A stretch of DNA of 56,690 nucleotides from the NCBI GenBank assembly GCA_030748335.1, contig JASMMD010000003.1:1-56690 (forward strand), in the 5' to 3' direction. Positions 39,360 through 48,311 of the stretch are shown here, one piece after another. This DNA comes from Candidatus Thalassarchaeum sp. GTDB taxonomy: Archaea; Thermoplasmatota; Poseidoniia; Poseidoniales; Thalassarchaeaceae. The notes under the pieces are model-generated. The model searched no databases. It saw nothing but the letters and a program-made list of their open reading frames with translations, and was not told the origin of the DNA. Positions within the stretch are counted from its first letter, which is position 1. Each line of letters starts with the position of its first letter. The position numbers and the translations under genes are program-made.

Positions 39360-40379
39360 ATGGACACCGAACTGCTAGAGAGGACCGCTAGTGAGTTGGT
39401 GGCGCCGGGTAAGGGGATACTTGCTGCAGATGAGAGCAACGGTACGATGTCAAAGAGATTGGCTGCCGTCGGGGTCGACCCCTCTTCCGAGACTCGACGC
39501 TCCTACCGCGCCAATCTACTCTCTACAGATGGATACGAGTCCGCAGTCGGCGGCGTGATTCTGTTCGACGAGACAATCAGGCAGAGCATGGACGATGGCA
39601 CCCCAATCGCTGAGGCGCTGAACTCCCGGGGAATCCATCCAGGCATCAAGGTCGACACCGGGGCTAAGGAACTCGCTAACCATCCCGGTGAGAAGATTAC
39701 AGAGGGCCTCGATGGGCTCAGGGAGCGCTGCGAGGAGTACTTCGAGATGGGCGCACGTTTTGCCAAGTGGAGAGCCGTCATTCGAATCGACGACGGGATG
39801 CCGAGCGCTGCATGCGTATCCACCAACGCGCACGCCCTAGCTCGATACGCTGCGATTTGCCAGGAGCAGGGATTGGTCCCGATTATCGAACCCGAGGTGC
39901 TGATGGACGGCACCCACGACGCGCAACGCTGCTACGACGTGACTGCCGAGATCCTCGATGCGACATTCGCCGCCTGTACTGAGCAAGGCGTCCATATCCC
40001 CGGGGCCCTGCTCAAGCCAAACATGATTATCGCTGGTAACGACTGCACGGACCAGACCTCACGTGAGGAGGTGGCTAGACTGACCGTAGACTGCCTGACC
40101 AACCACGTCCCGCACAATCTCCCCGGAATCGTCTTCCTATCAGGCGGTCAGTCCGATGAGGATGCCACAGCACACCTCAATCTGATGAACCAGATGAACG
40201 TCGATCATCCATGGCAACTCTCCTATTCGTACGGCAGGGCGCTGCAGGCCCACGCGCTTAGGACATGGGCCGAGGGTGGCGCCGAGTCGGCAGCCGCCAG
40301 CCGCAGTATGTTCGCTCACCGGGCTAGCATGAACAGCTTGGCTAGGAGTGGTGACTGGAGCCTCGACCTAGAGGCCTAA
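39360..40379 (+). CDS. Class I fructose-bisphosphate aldolase (eukaryote-like 'glycolytic' family)
   Basis: GKGILAADES, ILFDET, GIKVDTG, FAKWRAV, VPI.EPEVL, LLKPNM, FLSGGQS and YSYGRALQ motifs. Confidence 0.95.
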   Translation: MDTELLERTASELVAPGKGILAADESNGTMSKRLAAVGVDPSSETRRSYRANLLSTDGYESAVGGVILFDETIRQSMDDGTPIAEALNSRGIHPGIKVDTGAKELANHPGEKITEGLDGLRERCEEYFEMGARFAKWRAVIRIDDGMPSAACVSTNAHALARYAAICQEQGLVPIIEPEVLMDGTHDAQRCYDVTAEILDATFAACTEQGVHIPGALLKPNMIIAGNDCTDQTSREEVARLTVDCLTNHVPHNLPGIVFLSGGQSDEDATAHLNLMNQMNVDHPWQLSYSYGRALQAHALRTWAEGGAESAAASRSMFAHRASMNSLARSGDWSLDLEA

Positions 40380-40631
40380 TCAGTTGTCGTCCAGCGCCCC
40401 CGGCCTCAGTTGCCAGACACAGATCTCGTAGCGTCCGGACAGCGCACCGCCGCGCTTGGTCGTTGCGACCTTCATGATGTCCTTGTCCTTGGACAGGACA
40501 TTCCCCAGTTGTTGGGGCGTTGTGCCGTGACGCATGGTCGAGTTCACGTGCTCGAGAATCTCCGTGGTATTCGCCTCTCCCCTGTCGTCTAGGAACTTCT
40601 TTATCTTCTGCCGTAGTCTTGTTGTCCTCAT
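40380..40631 (-). CDS. Small winged-helix protein (DUF3860-like)
   Basis: MRTTRLRQKIKKFL...ANT.EILEH.N.TMRHGTT.QQLGNVLSKDKDI..V pattern recalled from marine Euryarchaeota proteins. Confidence 0.7.
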   Translation of the reverse strand: MRTTRLRQKIKKFLDDRGEANTTEILEHVNSTMRHGTTPQQLGNVLSKDKDIMKVATTKRGGALSGRYEICVWQLRPGALDDN

Positions 40632-40642
40632 CTGTATCTCTC

Positions 40643-40909
40643 CTAATCTCTCTCAGGCTTGGCACGCTCGTGGTGCCTTACCCACTCCTCGGTCGCCCAT
40701 TCCGATAGTGGGGGGGTGCTGCCGGTCATCCCACTCTTGCGAACCGTGCCGATTCGAACGATATTCGAATCCGACTCCATCAGGGATGTGAGATCCAAGC
40801 TTCCCGAGTATCCTTCCTGACCAGCCAGCCAGGCTGCTATCTCAGCACTGTTCCTTGGCTGCTCGGAGAGGTACTTGCGAATGACGAGTCGGATTTTTTC
40901 CGCTTCCAT
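40643..40909 (-). CDS. Divergent paralog of the adjacent small winged-helix protein
   Basis: Shares R..I.K.L...N..EI.....L..L...D..I.......G.......W with 40380-40631. Confidence 0.65.
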   Translation of the reverse strand: MEAEKIRLVIRKYLSEQPRNSAEIAAWLAGQEGYSGSLDLTSLMESDSNIVRIGTVRKSGMTGSTPPLSEWATEEWVRHHERAKPERD

Positions 40910-41163
40910 CTGTTATTCCTCAGCACGCTCTCGGGTCCGATAGTCGGCCCGATGCGCATAGGATGGCGGGCGCTGATATAACCGTTCTGCACGAAATCAC
41001 ACTTTTTCGTTACAGATAGTTGCTAGAAAACGGGTTGTTTTCAAGATTGAACCAAGTGCGAAAATGAAACTGATACATTCTCCATAGGAAATATGTAATC
41101 AAATGTAACAAAATAAGATAATATAATACACCAACATTACTTAGATGTATTGAGAGGTGGTGT

Positions 41164-43785
41164 GTGGTGTCAGAGGAACCCCCCGGGGCGCAGAAACCGG
41201 ATTACTCCGACAGTGCTTGGAAAATCCGTAGCAAGCACCGTAGGAGGCTGTTGGACCGACTCACTGAGGGTGGCGCCACGGTCAGCGAACTGGCTCGGGA
41301 CGCAGATCTCAGAGTCCCTCATGCTTCAGCCGAGATAAAACGTCTGAGAACCGATGGACTGGTCTCCAGTGATCTATCTGCAGGGAGTCGCGGAGCCAAG
41401 ATACACCTCACCGAGTCAGGCTGGGAGTCAGTGAGGGCCGACGAGTGGGCGAGGGCATCCGGGGCCTCCCCTATGCCCGATGACTCGAGCATGTGCTGCC
41501 TGTTGTCACGCGACGGACCGAACCTTTTGCTGGGCATGATGGAAACTCGCGACTCTCCACTGTTGCTGATTCCCGATCGCCCCCCGGTCCCGATACCTGG
41601 GGATTCCGGGTCCACCGGAAGCGATGGGGTCCCTTGGAGCTGGGCGGTGCTGAGGGAGAGGAATCCACGATGGTTCGACCTCTCGTCGATGGAGCCCAAG
41701 CCCAATCCCCCTCCTCCCTCAGACCCTGAGAACATAGACGCTTATTCGGGAGAGCGCACCGTGGTCGGGATAATCCGGGCGCGCCTGCTCGACGCCGAGC
41801 GACCGATAGCGATAGCACCAGGGCAGTGGTTCTCGACCCCGGACTTCCGACCCGCGCCCCCGTTGCCGGAGAGGGAATACCACAGGGGACAGTGGGTTCT
41901 TGGCTCGTGCCACGAAATGTCACCGGAGATTAGGCCGAAGGAGCCTGTCGTCGCAGTGATGGAAGACATGCTACCGCGATCCATGCTTCTTAGGACGGCT
42001 AGGATTAACTCGCTCGTCATCGCGGACCTAGGGGGTTTGGACACCGAGGGCGACCCCTATCCTCTAGCAGCCCTCGACCCCTGGATAGAGAGCGCTCATC
42101 CGCGCCTGAGCGATGCTGAGAGGAGGCGCAGACTGGGGGCATTGAGGGATAGGGTCAGCAAGTCCCGGAAGGTCAGGACCGAAGACTCCACCTGGCGGCG
42201 GTTCAGGAGGGACTGGGGCGAGTCCACCTTCACTGAGGAAACCGACTCGATTAGCGTACTGGACTTGAGAGGTCTGAGAGGTTCCGCTGCCGAGGCACTC
42301 ATCAGATGGGCGGTCAACGACGATGCCAAACCTCCTCTCACCGTGGAAGTCGGCTCGGATGTGTCCGACGAACTGGTCTCCTCGATCGCCTCCCACTCCA
42401 ACCTCCGACTCGCCCTCCTAGGGAGCGAGGCAACCGCCTTCGCCGGCTTCGACAGACTAGATCCCGACCCCCTCAGGCCACTGCCTTGGCTACGCTTCAC
42501 CACGAAGGGAGGGAGTGTACTGCCGATGCGACTGGTCGAACCCGCACAGGCACCGGTGCACCCGGGCGGTGGAGAGGCCGTGGAACCGGATTGGCATTCG
42601 TTGGGGGTGGAAGTCGAGGCGCTCGGAGAGATAGACGAAGGCCATCTCTCAGTCATCAACTCGGCCATGGCACAGCATCCTAGCGGCAACGAGGAGTGGG
42701 CTAACCAGATGGAGGCCAAGTACCCGATAGCAGCTTGGATCGCCTCCCCCGCTAGCACTAGGTGGCCACGCTGGCAGAGGCTCAGGAATCGCCTCAGCTC
42801 AGAGTGGCTGGTTCTAATGGACATGGATGATCTCCCCCTAGAGAGACTATCCGAGGTCGCCGACGAGGCATCCGATACTGTGCTGCAGGAATTCGCGACA
42901 AAAATCGCCAGTAGACTGAGGACGGATTCCGAGGCGGCTCTAAGGACTAGGCCGGCCACGGATCCGAAGGAAGCCACTCGTGGGACCTCATGGGTGGCAG
43001 CTCAAATGCTGTCTAACGCCCCTTGGTTGCCAGAGCACATGCACTCCGATTTACTCAGCTGGGCACTGGAGGCGTGGCTCTCGAATCCCCCTAGCGATTC
43101 GATGCCAGCCCTGCAGGGCGTCGCGTGGCTACACTCCTCGGGATGGAGTGACGAAACCACCTTCAGGCCAGTACTGGAGGGGATTCGAAGCAAGGGCAGA
43201 GAGTCGCCGGCAGGTCACGACCTGCACACTTGGGCCAATCTCGCAGACATAATCCTAGACGACTTGGAGATTGGGCCGGGTGACTTGGAAGGCATACTGG
43301 AACTGCCTCCTGGATGGTGGGCACCAATCTCTGTCAGGATTCTCTCAGGCCTGTTGGAGGAGGAGGGTACTACGGAATGGGTCATAGCCAATCCGGTGCC
43401 ATGGTGCGCGGCGGTACTGCGCCCCGTAGGGGATCGCTGCGAGGCACCCGGACTACGTTCATTCGAGCACCCCGGATGTGACTCGGAGCTTCACTCACAC
43501 CTGTCCCGCAGGCTGAGGGGCCGACGCGAGCGCGCAGGCCTGCCCGAGAGCGCCGACCCACTGCTCGACCTGCTGGATGCCTTGGACGCTGTGAACGACT
43601 CGCGCCCCCCTCCCCAGGGACGGACCCACCCACTGTCGGGTTGGCTAGCCCAACCTCTTGAGAAATGGCCGGATTTCTCATCGACGGAGGCCATGGATGG
43701 CGATGCCCATATCGCAGAGAGACTCTTGCTGAGAAGCTCTGGTTACCATACGGGAATCGTCCCAGCCACTTCGATTTCGGGATGA
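41164..43785 (+). CDS. Large hypothetical protein with N-terminal ArsR/MarR-like winged helix
   Basis: RRRLLDRL....TVSELA....RVPHASAEIKRL..DGLV......LTESG HTH; remainder Trp/Pro-rich with no recognisable domain. Confidence 0.7.
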   Translation: MVSEEPPGAQKPDYSDSAWKIRSKHRRRLLDRLTEGGATVSELARDADLRVPHASAEIKRLRTDGLVSSDLSAGSRGAKIHLTESGWESVRADEWARASGASPMPDDSSMCCLLSRDGPNLLLGMMETRDSPLLLIPDRPPVPIPGDSGSTGSDGVPWSWAVLRERNPRWFDLSSMEPKPNPPPPSDPENIDAYSGERTVVGIIRARLLDAERPIAIAPGQWFSTPDFRPAPPLPEREYHRGQWVLGSCHEMSPEIRPKEPVVAVMEDMLPRSMLLRTARINSLVIADLGGLDTEGDPYPLAALDPWIESAHPRLSDAERRRRLGALRDRVSKSRKVRTEDSTWRRFRRDWGESTFTEETDSISVLDLRGLRGSAAEALIRWAVNDDAKPPLTVEVGSDVSDELVSSIASHSNLRLALLGSEATAFAGFDRLDPDPLRPLPWLRFTTKGGSVLPMRLVEPAQAPVHPGGGEAVEPDWHSLGVEVEALGEIDEGHLSVINSAMAQHPSGNEEWANQMEAKYPIAAWIASPASTRWPRWQRLRNRLSSEWLVLMDMDDLPLERLSEVADEASDTVLQEFATKIASRLRTDSEAALRTRPATDPKEATRGTSWVAAQMLSNAPWLPEHMHSDLLSWALEAWLSNPPSDSMPALQGVAWLHSSGWSDETTFRPVLEGIRSKGRESPAGHDLHTWANLADIILDDLEIGPGDLEGILELPPGWWAPISVRILSGLLEEEGTTEWVIANPVPWCAAVLRPVGDRCEAPGLRSFEHPGCDSELHSHLSRRLRGRRERAGLPESADPLLDLLDALDAVNDSRPPPQGRTHPLSGWLAQPLEKWPDFSSTEAMDGDAHIAERLLLRSSGYHTGIVPATSISG

Positions 43786-43797
43786 AATCCCGGTTTT
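43778..43797 (+). terminator. Short hairpin + T-run at the end of the 873-aa gene
   Basis: CGGGAT-GAA-ATCCCG followed by GTTTT. Confidence 0.3.
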
Positions 43798-44087
43798 CAG
43801 CGACCGAGGGGTTCTTGACCACCTCCAATGGCCGATGTATGCCCGAGCTGCAACACCGTGGCGACGAAGCCCCCCGCTGGAGGAATAGGATGAATCACGG
43901 TACCAAGCTCGGGTCACCACTTGTCGAAGACCAGTGTGACCAGCTGCAACGGAATGATCACTGGAGCAAAACAAGTGGACGGATTGTGTTAGGTCCCCGG
44001 ATGACTGAAAGGAATGAATCAAGGGACTACCCCACAATTCGACAGACGTCCCGGGGTGGGTCAGGAGCCCGAGCTTCGCTGTGAAGG
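43794..44087 (+). ncRNA. Structured RNA: three K-turn hairpins, probable archaeal H/ACA guide RNA, closed by a long terminal helix
   Basis: Hairpins at 43841-43914, 43917-43978 and 43980-44041, each stem/internal loop/stem/K-turn; ACA at 44042. G-U wobble pairs indicate the + strand. Confidence 0.7.
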
Positions 44088-44145
44088 CCTCCGTTACGCC
44101 CCGGGGCACACACTCTAATTGTCCACAAGAAGAGGCGGGAATCTA

Positions 44146-45159
44146 ATGCACGACGTCGGGCTTATCGGCGGCACCTTCGATCGCTTCCATGCAGGCCATA
44201 TGGCACTGATGGCCACCGGCCTGTCAGAGTGCTCCTCCATCGAGGTCTGGCTGACTGCCGACTCGATGGCCCAGTCGAAGGATCCACGGGTGAACCCATG
44301 GGGCGTCAGGGTCATGGAGATGAAGGAGGCCTTGAGAGGGGATGCCGAAAGGGTCGACTTCCACGTTCTAGAGGACAGTCACGGACCCGCACCCTCGCAT
44401 CTCGATGCCACTGCCATAGTCTGCACCGATGAGACCCGTTCTGAGTGCGAGGAAATCAACCTCCTCAGAGAGAGAGGGGGACTGCCACCTCTGCATATCA
44501 TCGTCTCCGACCACTCCCTAGCATGGGATGACGAGCCGATATCCAGTTCCAGGATTAGAGCGGGAGAAATCGACCGGGAGGGACGCCCCTGGGTTCCACG
44601 GCAGATCAGAGAGAGCAAGATGGTCATGACCCCCCAAGTCGAAGCCGAGCTCAAGGAGCCATTCGGTCAGTTGTTCGCGGGCCCGGAGGACGACCCATTG
44701 GTCGCCATGTCCCAAGTCATCGCCCACATCGAATCTGGCTCTGGACCGGTTATCGCCGTCGGAGACGTCACTGTGCGCACCCTACAGGACCTCGGCCGAC
44801 CGGCCGACATCGCCCTGATTGACGGACTCACCAAGAGGGAGCCCTGGGAGGGCGCCGTTGGAATCGATGCATCTCTGTACGACGGGACCCTGAGCTGCTC
44901 CAGTCCAGCCGGCTGCCTGACGCCCTCTCTGTTGGAGGCTTGCGAGGAAGCCATCGAATCTTGGAAGAACTCGGGGCATACCAGCTTAATCGACATCGAC
45001 GGCGAGGAGGACCTCGCCCCGCTCGTGCTTCACCCGCTGGCCCCGCTTGGCGCAGCGGTACTGTACGGCCAACCGGACAAGGGAGTGGTGGTGAGGTGGT
45101 GCGGCGAGGACGCCAAACAGCGCTGCCGCAAACTGCTCAGCGAATTCGCCCCAGCCTAG
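44146..45159 (+). CDS. coaD: Fusion of phosphopantetheine adenylyltransferase and GTP-dependent dephospho-CoA kinase (DUF359)
   Basis: GGTFDRFHAGH, D..GP, IN..R...GL.PL and ISSSRIRAGEID, then LKEPFG, AVGDVT, IDG.TKR, DGEEDL and LYGQP..GVV. Confidence 0.88.
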   Translation: MHDVGLIGGTFDRFHAGHMALMATGLSECSSIEVWLTADSMAQSKDPRVNPWGVRVMEMKEALRGDAERVDFHVLEDSHGPAPSHLDATAIVCTDETRSECEEINLLRERGGLPPLHIIVSDHSLAWDDEPISSSRIRAGEIDREGRPWVPRQIRESKMVMTPQVEAELKEPFGQLFAGPEDDPLVAMSQVIAHIESGSGPVIAVGDVTVRTLQDLGRPADIALIDGLTKREPWEGAVGIDASLYDGTLSCSSPAGCLTPSLLEACEEAIESWKNSGHTSLIDIDGEEDLAPLVLHPLAPLGAAVLYGQPDKGVVVRWCGEDAKQRCRKLLSEFAPA

Positions 45160-45161
45160 TA

Positions 45162-45695
45162 TCAGGACTCGGCATCAGCCATCGTGTGCATGGCGAAGCC
45201 GAAACACACCAACACGATCATCACGGCGTAGACTCCCGGGTCGACCCAAGTCGTGTTCACCGCGCTCCAGCACAGGTAGAACCCGACGCCCAAGGCGATC
45301 ATCCAACTAGCCATTGTCCGATTGACGCCGCTCTCTGGGGAGAATAGGCTGGACAGTATCGCGCCTTGTGGGAGCTCGCCGACCCATGCCGAGAAGCCAC
45401 CTTCGACGGCTTTCCCGACTCCCATCGCGCCTAGCCCGAGGAGGGCGACTCCAATCAATCCGAAGACGATGTCGTCAGCCACCACTTCCAGACCATCGTG
45501 GGCTATGTTCGAAGCAGCACTGTCGCCGGTGACGAATCCTATCCAAAGTACCTTCATCCCCGAAGAGTAAGCTCCCCAAACCAGATTCACTAAAGTGAGC
45601 AGCAGCACCCATAAGCCGAGCAGGACCGCGGCACCCGAAGCAGCTCTGCTGGGCCTAGTTAGGGCGCTTCCCCATTCAGACTCCAGCATGGACAT
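45162..45695 (-). CDS. Hypothetical integral membrane protein (about 4 TM)
   Basis: Four hydrophobic segments, WVDPGVY motif; start ATG 45695 inferred. Confidence 0.7.
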   Translation of the reverse strand: MSMLESEWGSALTRPSRAASGAAVLLGLWVLLLTLVNLVWGAYSSGMKVLWIGFVTGDSAASNIAHDGLEVVADDIVFGLIGVALLGLGAMGVGKAVEGGFSAWVGELPQGAILSSLFSPESGVNRTMASWMIALGVGFYLCWSAVNTTWVDPGVYAVMIVLVCFGFAMHTMADAES

Positions 45696-45750
45696 CGAGC
45701 CGGCGACCTTACCATTCGGTTTAACGATTGTCTGAGCGGGAAGTCGGCCC

Positions 45751-46989
45751 TCACAACAGACCCTGCAGGTTGTACCTGCCCAAAGCGGCCTCGGCAATCA
45801 GAGGCTCACTCTCGCTCATCGTGGTGATGGCGTCCACCGCTTTGGGTATGGCCGAGTTGACCTGCTTACTCCTACCACCGCGTCCCTTGCTGACATTCCT
45901 AGCCATGATCAGCCCGAGCGTATCAAGCTCGTTGAGTAGTGACGAGATCCTCCTAGGGGTGAGCGGCTCGACCCTGATCTTCATGCAAGCCTCGGAGTAG
46001 GTTCGGTATGTCTCGCCGGTAGAAATGTTCCTGAGTCCATTCTCTTCGTTCAGCCTGATAGAGAAAAGCAACAGCTTCTGGTGCAGAGGCAGGGTCTTCA
46101 GGACAGGAGTCACTTGGTCGTACTCAAGCTGGCTCTGCGCCATCCTGACGTGCCTCGGGTCCACGCTCTTCTGAGATCTTTGCTCCGCTTTCTGCACCGA
46201 GATGCGAAGCAGGTCAAGCGCCCGACGCGCGTCGCCGTGCTCCTGCGCGGCCAATGCCGAGCAGAGCTCGAGCACACCCGGCCCGAGAACATCCTCGCGC
46301 AGGCCGGTGCTAACGCGCTCAAGTAGGATGTCGCTGATCTCAGGAGCCCCATATGGATGGAAGACAATGTCCTCTTGGCTCAGCCTCGAACTGACCCGGG
46401 GATCTAACTGCTGAGTGAAGTGCAAGTCGTTGCTGATTCCGATGATGCAGCAGCGCGAGTTTCGCAGGGAGGTGTTGAGACTGGTCAGGTTGTACAGCAG
46501 CCCGTCGCCGGCCCTAGCCACGAGGTTGTCAATCTCGTCGAGCACGATTATGTGCACCCCGCCAGCCCCGTCCATCCTCTCGATCAGTGCGTCCAACACC
46601 CTGTCGGTAGGCCAACCGGTGAAAGGGATGGGGGTGTCCCCGCGCCTAGCCAGTTGCGTCGCGATGGTCTGGAAGACCCGGTACTTGGTGTCCACGACCC
46701 GGCAGTTAATCTCGTACGTCTCGACCCTCTGCCCCATCTCCTCGCCCTTGTCAAGGAGCTGTCCCAAGACGAACCTCGTGACCACGGTCTTGCCCGAACC
46801 AGGGACTCCATAGAGCAGCATGTTCGAAGGGATATGTCCGTTCAGGGCATCTACCAGATTTCGCACTAGGGCCTCCACCTCGTGGTCCCTGTGGGGCAGC
46901 GTGGAAGGCTCGAAGGCGTGGTCGAAGGCACGTCTGTCGACGAAGAGGCTGTCATGGCCGAGAATTTTTTCGAAAATGTTTCCTTCCAT
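45751..46989 (-). CDS. cdc6: Cdc6/Orc1 replication initiator
   Basis: LPHR, YG.PGSGKT, INC, P.TGWP, IVLDEID, IGISN, LDPRVSSRL, GDARRALDLLR and SKGRGGR motifs. Confidence 0.96.
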   Translation of the reverse strand: MEGNIFEKILGHDSLFVDRRAFDHAFEPSTLPHRDHEVEALVRNLVDALNGHIPSNMLLYGVPGSGKTVVTRFVLGQLLDKGEEMGQRVETYEINCRVVDTKYRVFQTIATQLARRGDTPIPFTGWPTDRVLDALIERMDGAGGVHIIVLDEIDNLVARAGDGLLYNLTSLNTSLRNSRCCIIGISNDLHFTQQLDPRVSSRLSQEDIVFHPYGAPEISDILLERVSTGLREDVLGPGVLELCSALAAQEHGDARRALDLLRISVQKAEQRSQKSVDPRHVRMAQSQLEYDQVTPVLKTLPLHQKLLLFSIRLNEENGLRNISTGETYRTYSEACMKIRVEPLTPRRISSLLNELDTLGLIMARNVSKGRGGRSKQVNSAIPKAVDAITTMSESEPLIAEAALGRYNLQGLL

Positions 46990-47389
46990 TTTCTTTCACC
47001 AGAGCGCCAACCACGTATTCAGCCTCATCCCTTACTCGGGTGGAGTGGGGTTCGGCCAACGCGGATTCTCAGCGACTGTGTCGGGGGTAATAAGAGTGTC
47101 CGAGAAGTTCCGATGTCCGGATGATTTCCCCGTCCCTAAAGGCCTTTGTTTGATGGCCCTAGAAAACCACATCATACTCCATTCTATTTCCTCTCAGTGA
47201 TTCGTTTTCAAAACATACGAAGTGGTGTATTTTCTGCATTTACCTATGTTCTAATACCACTCTTTGGGAACCAGTCTATTTTGACGATAATCGAGCACGC
47301 GGGAGCGTCCATGTCAGCACCTTGAAACTCCATTTGATGCCGTGCTAAAGCGAGTTACATGCTCGCCAATATAAGTCAAGATATATTTC

Positions 47390-48205
47390 TCATAAATTTC
47401 TTTGCAGTGACAATTGACCCTCATCGCCTATCTCCAAGCAATCCCCGTCCTCCAGCTGGACAATCGAGTCGGGCAGTTCAGGTATCTTGAATCCCGACTT
47501 AAACCCAGTCGCGCTGGCGTAGTTGTGAGTTACCAAGACCATCGCGTGAGGATGCCTGCCAGCGAAAGCGACGGCATCCGAGGGGGTGTGATGGTGAGGG
47601 CTGTCGACGAAGTCCGGGATCCCCATCTCAAGTAGGACGGCGTCGGCATTCCGGGCCCTCTGTTCGATGCCCTCGCACGGCCCCGAGTCTCCGCAGTGCA
47701 GGAGCCTGAAACCACTCCTATGGACCAGCTCGTAGCCATGCGGGTCAGTCTCCGGAGTGTGACTCACCGGGAATCTCTCGAAGCTCCAATCCGTCCCCGC
47801 CAACTCACCTGACTCGGAGTGCGACCACTCTACACCGTCGTCCACGGTGTCATCTAGGCTGCCGGGGAATCCAGTCGTGCACAAGCCAGTAAGCAACTCC
47901 CTCCCTCCGGGTCTGAGATGGACTCCAAGGGAGTTCTCTGACCCGGGGTCGGAGATGTACTTCCTCTCAAGCAAGACGAATGGGAAGCCGAAGGTGTGGT
48001 CGGCGTGCCAATGGGTGATTAGCAGGTGCTTGAGGTCTGCGGGCGAGACCTCGGCACGCCGCAACTGGACAAGCACCGTCGGAGGCGCGTCCACGAGCAC
48101 ACTGCCGTCGAGTAGAGCGAGTGTGTGCATCCGGCCTGGGGGCGAGAAGGCATTGCCCGTGCCTAGGAAATCGATACGCGCCACGAGCCGCGATGAGGGC
48201 ACCAT
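47390..48205 (-). CDS. Metallo-beta-lactamase-fold hydrolase (RNase Z-like)
   Basis: FLGTG, THWHADH, H.GD and H...H motifs. Confidence 0.85.
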   Translation of the reverse strand: MVPSSRLVARIDFLGTGNAFSPPGRMHTLALLDGSVLVDAPPTVLVQLRRAEVSPADLKHLLITHWHADHTFGFPFVLLERKYISDPGSENSLGVHLRPGGRELLTGLCTTGFPGSLDDTVDDGVEWSHSESGELAGTDWSFERFPVSHTPETDPHGYELVHRSGFRLLHCGDSGPCEGIEQRARNADAVLLEMGIPDFVDSPHHHTPSDAVAFAGRHPHAMVLVTHNYASATGFKSGFKIPELPDSIVQLEDGDCLEIGDEGQLSLQRNL

Positions 48206-48311
48206 GACTTGACCTCATCGCCTTGTCTCTCTGGGTGCTCGCAGCGCCCGTTCAGCATTGCTTCATAAACGGGTTTTGTTTCGCGGGGGGCGAGCAATCA
48301 GGTGTCTGGAC

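Noticed and set aside
40751..40771. Inverted repeat GATTCGAA-CGATA-TTCGAATC resembling the island operator
   Set aside because: It has a 5-nt spacer rather than 4 and lies inside a coding sequence far from the island.
43794..44087. RNase P RNA or SRP (7S) RNA as the identity of the structured region
   Set aside because: No GAGGAAAGUCC or ACAGAA..GGCUUA P4 motifs, and no SRP helix-8 CAGG..GGAA..AGCA motif found on either strand.
43665..44109. ORFs 43665-44084 (+) and 43678-44109 (-)
   Set aside because: No recognisable protein features; the region is better explained by RNA secondary structure.
44146..45159. CoaD-DPCK fusion as a novelty
   Set aside because: I recall this fusion as already typical of Thermoplasmatota, so it is listed only as a feature.
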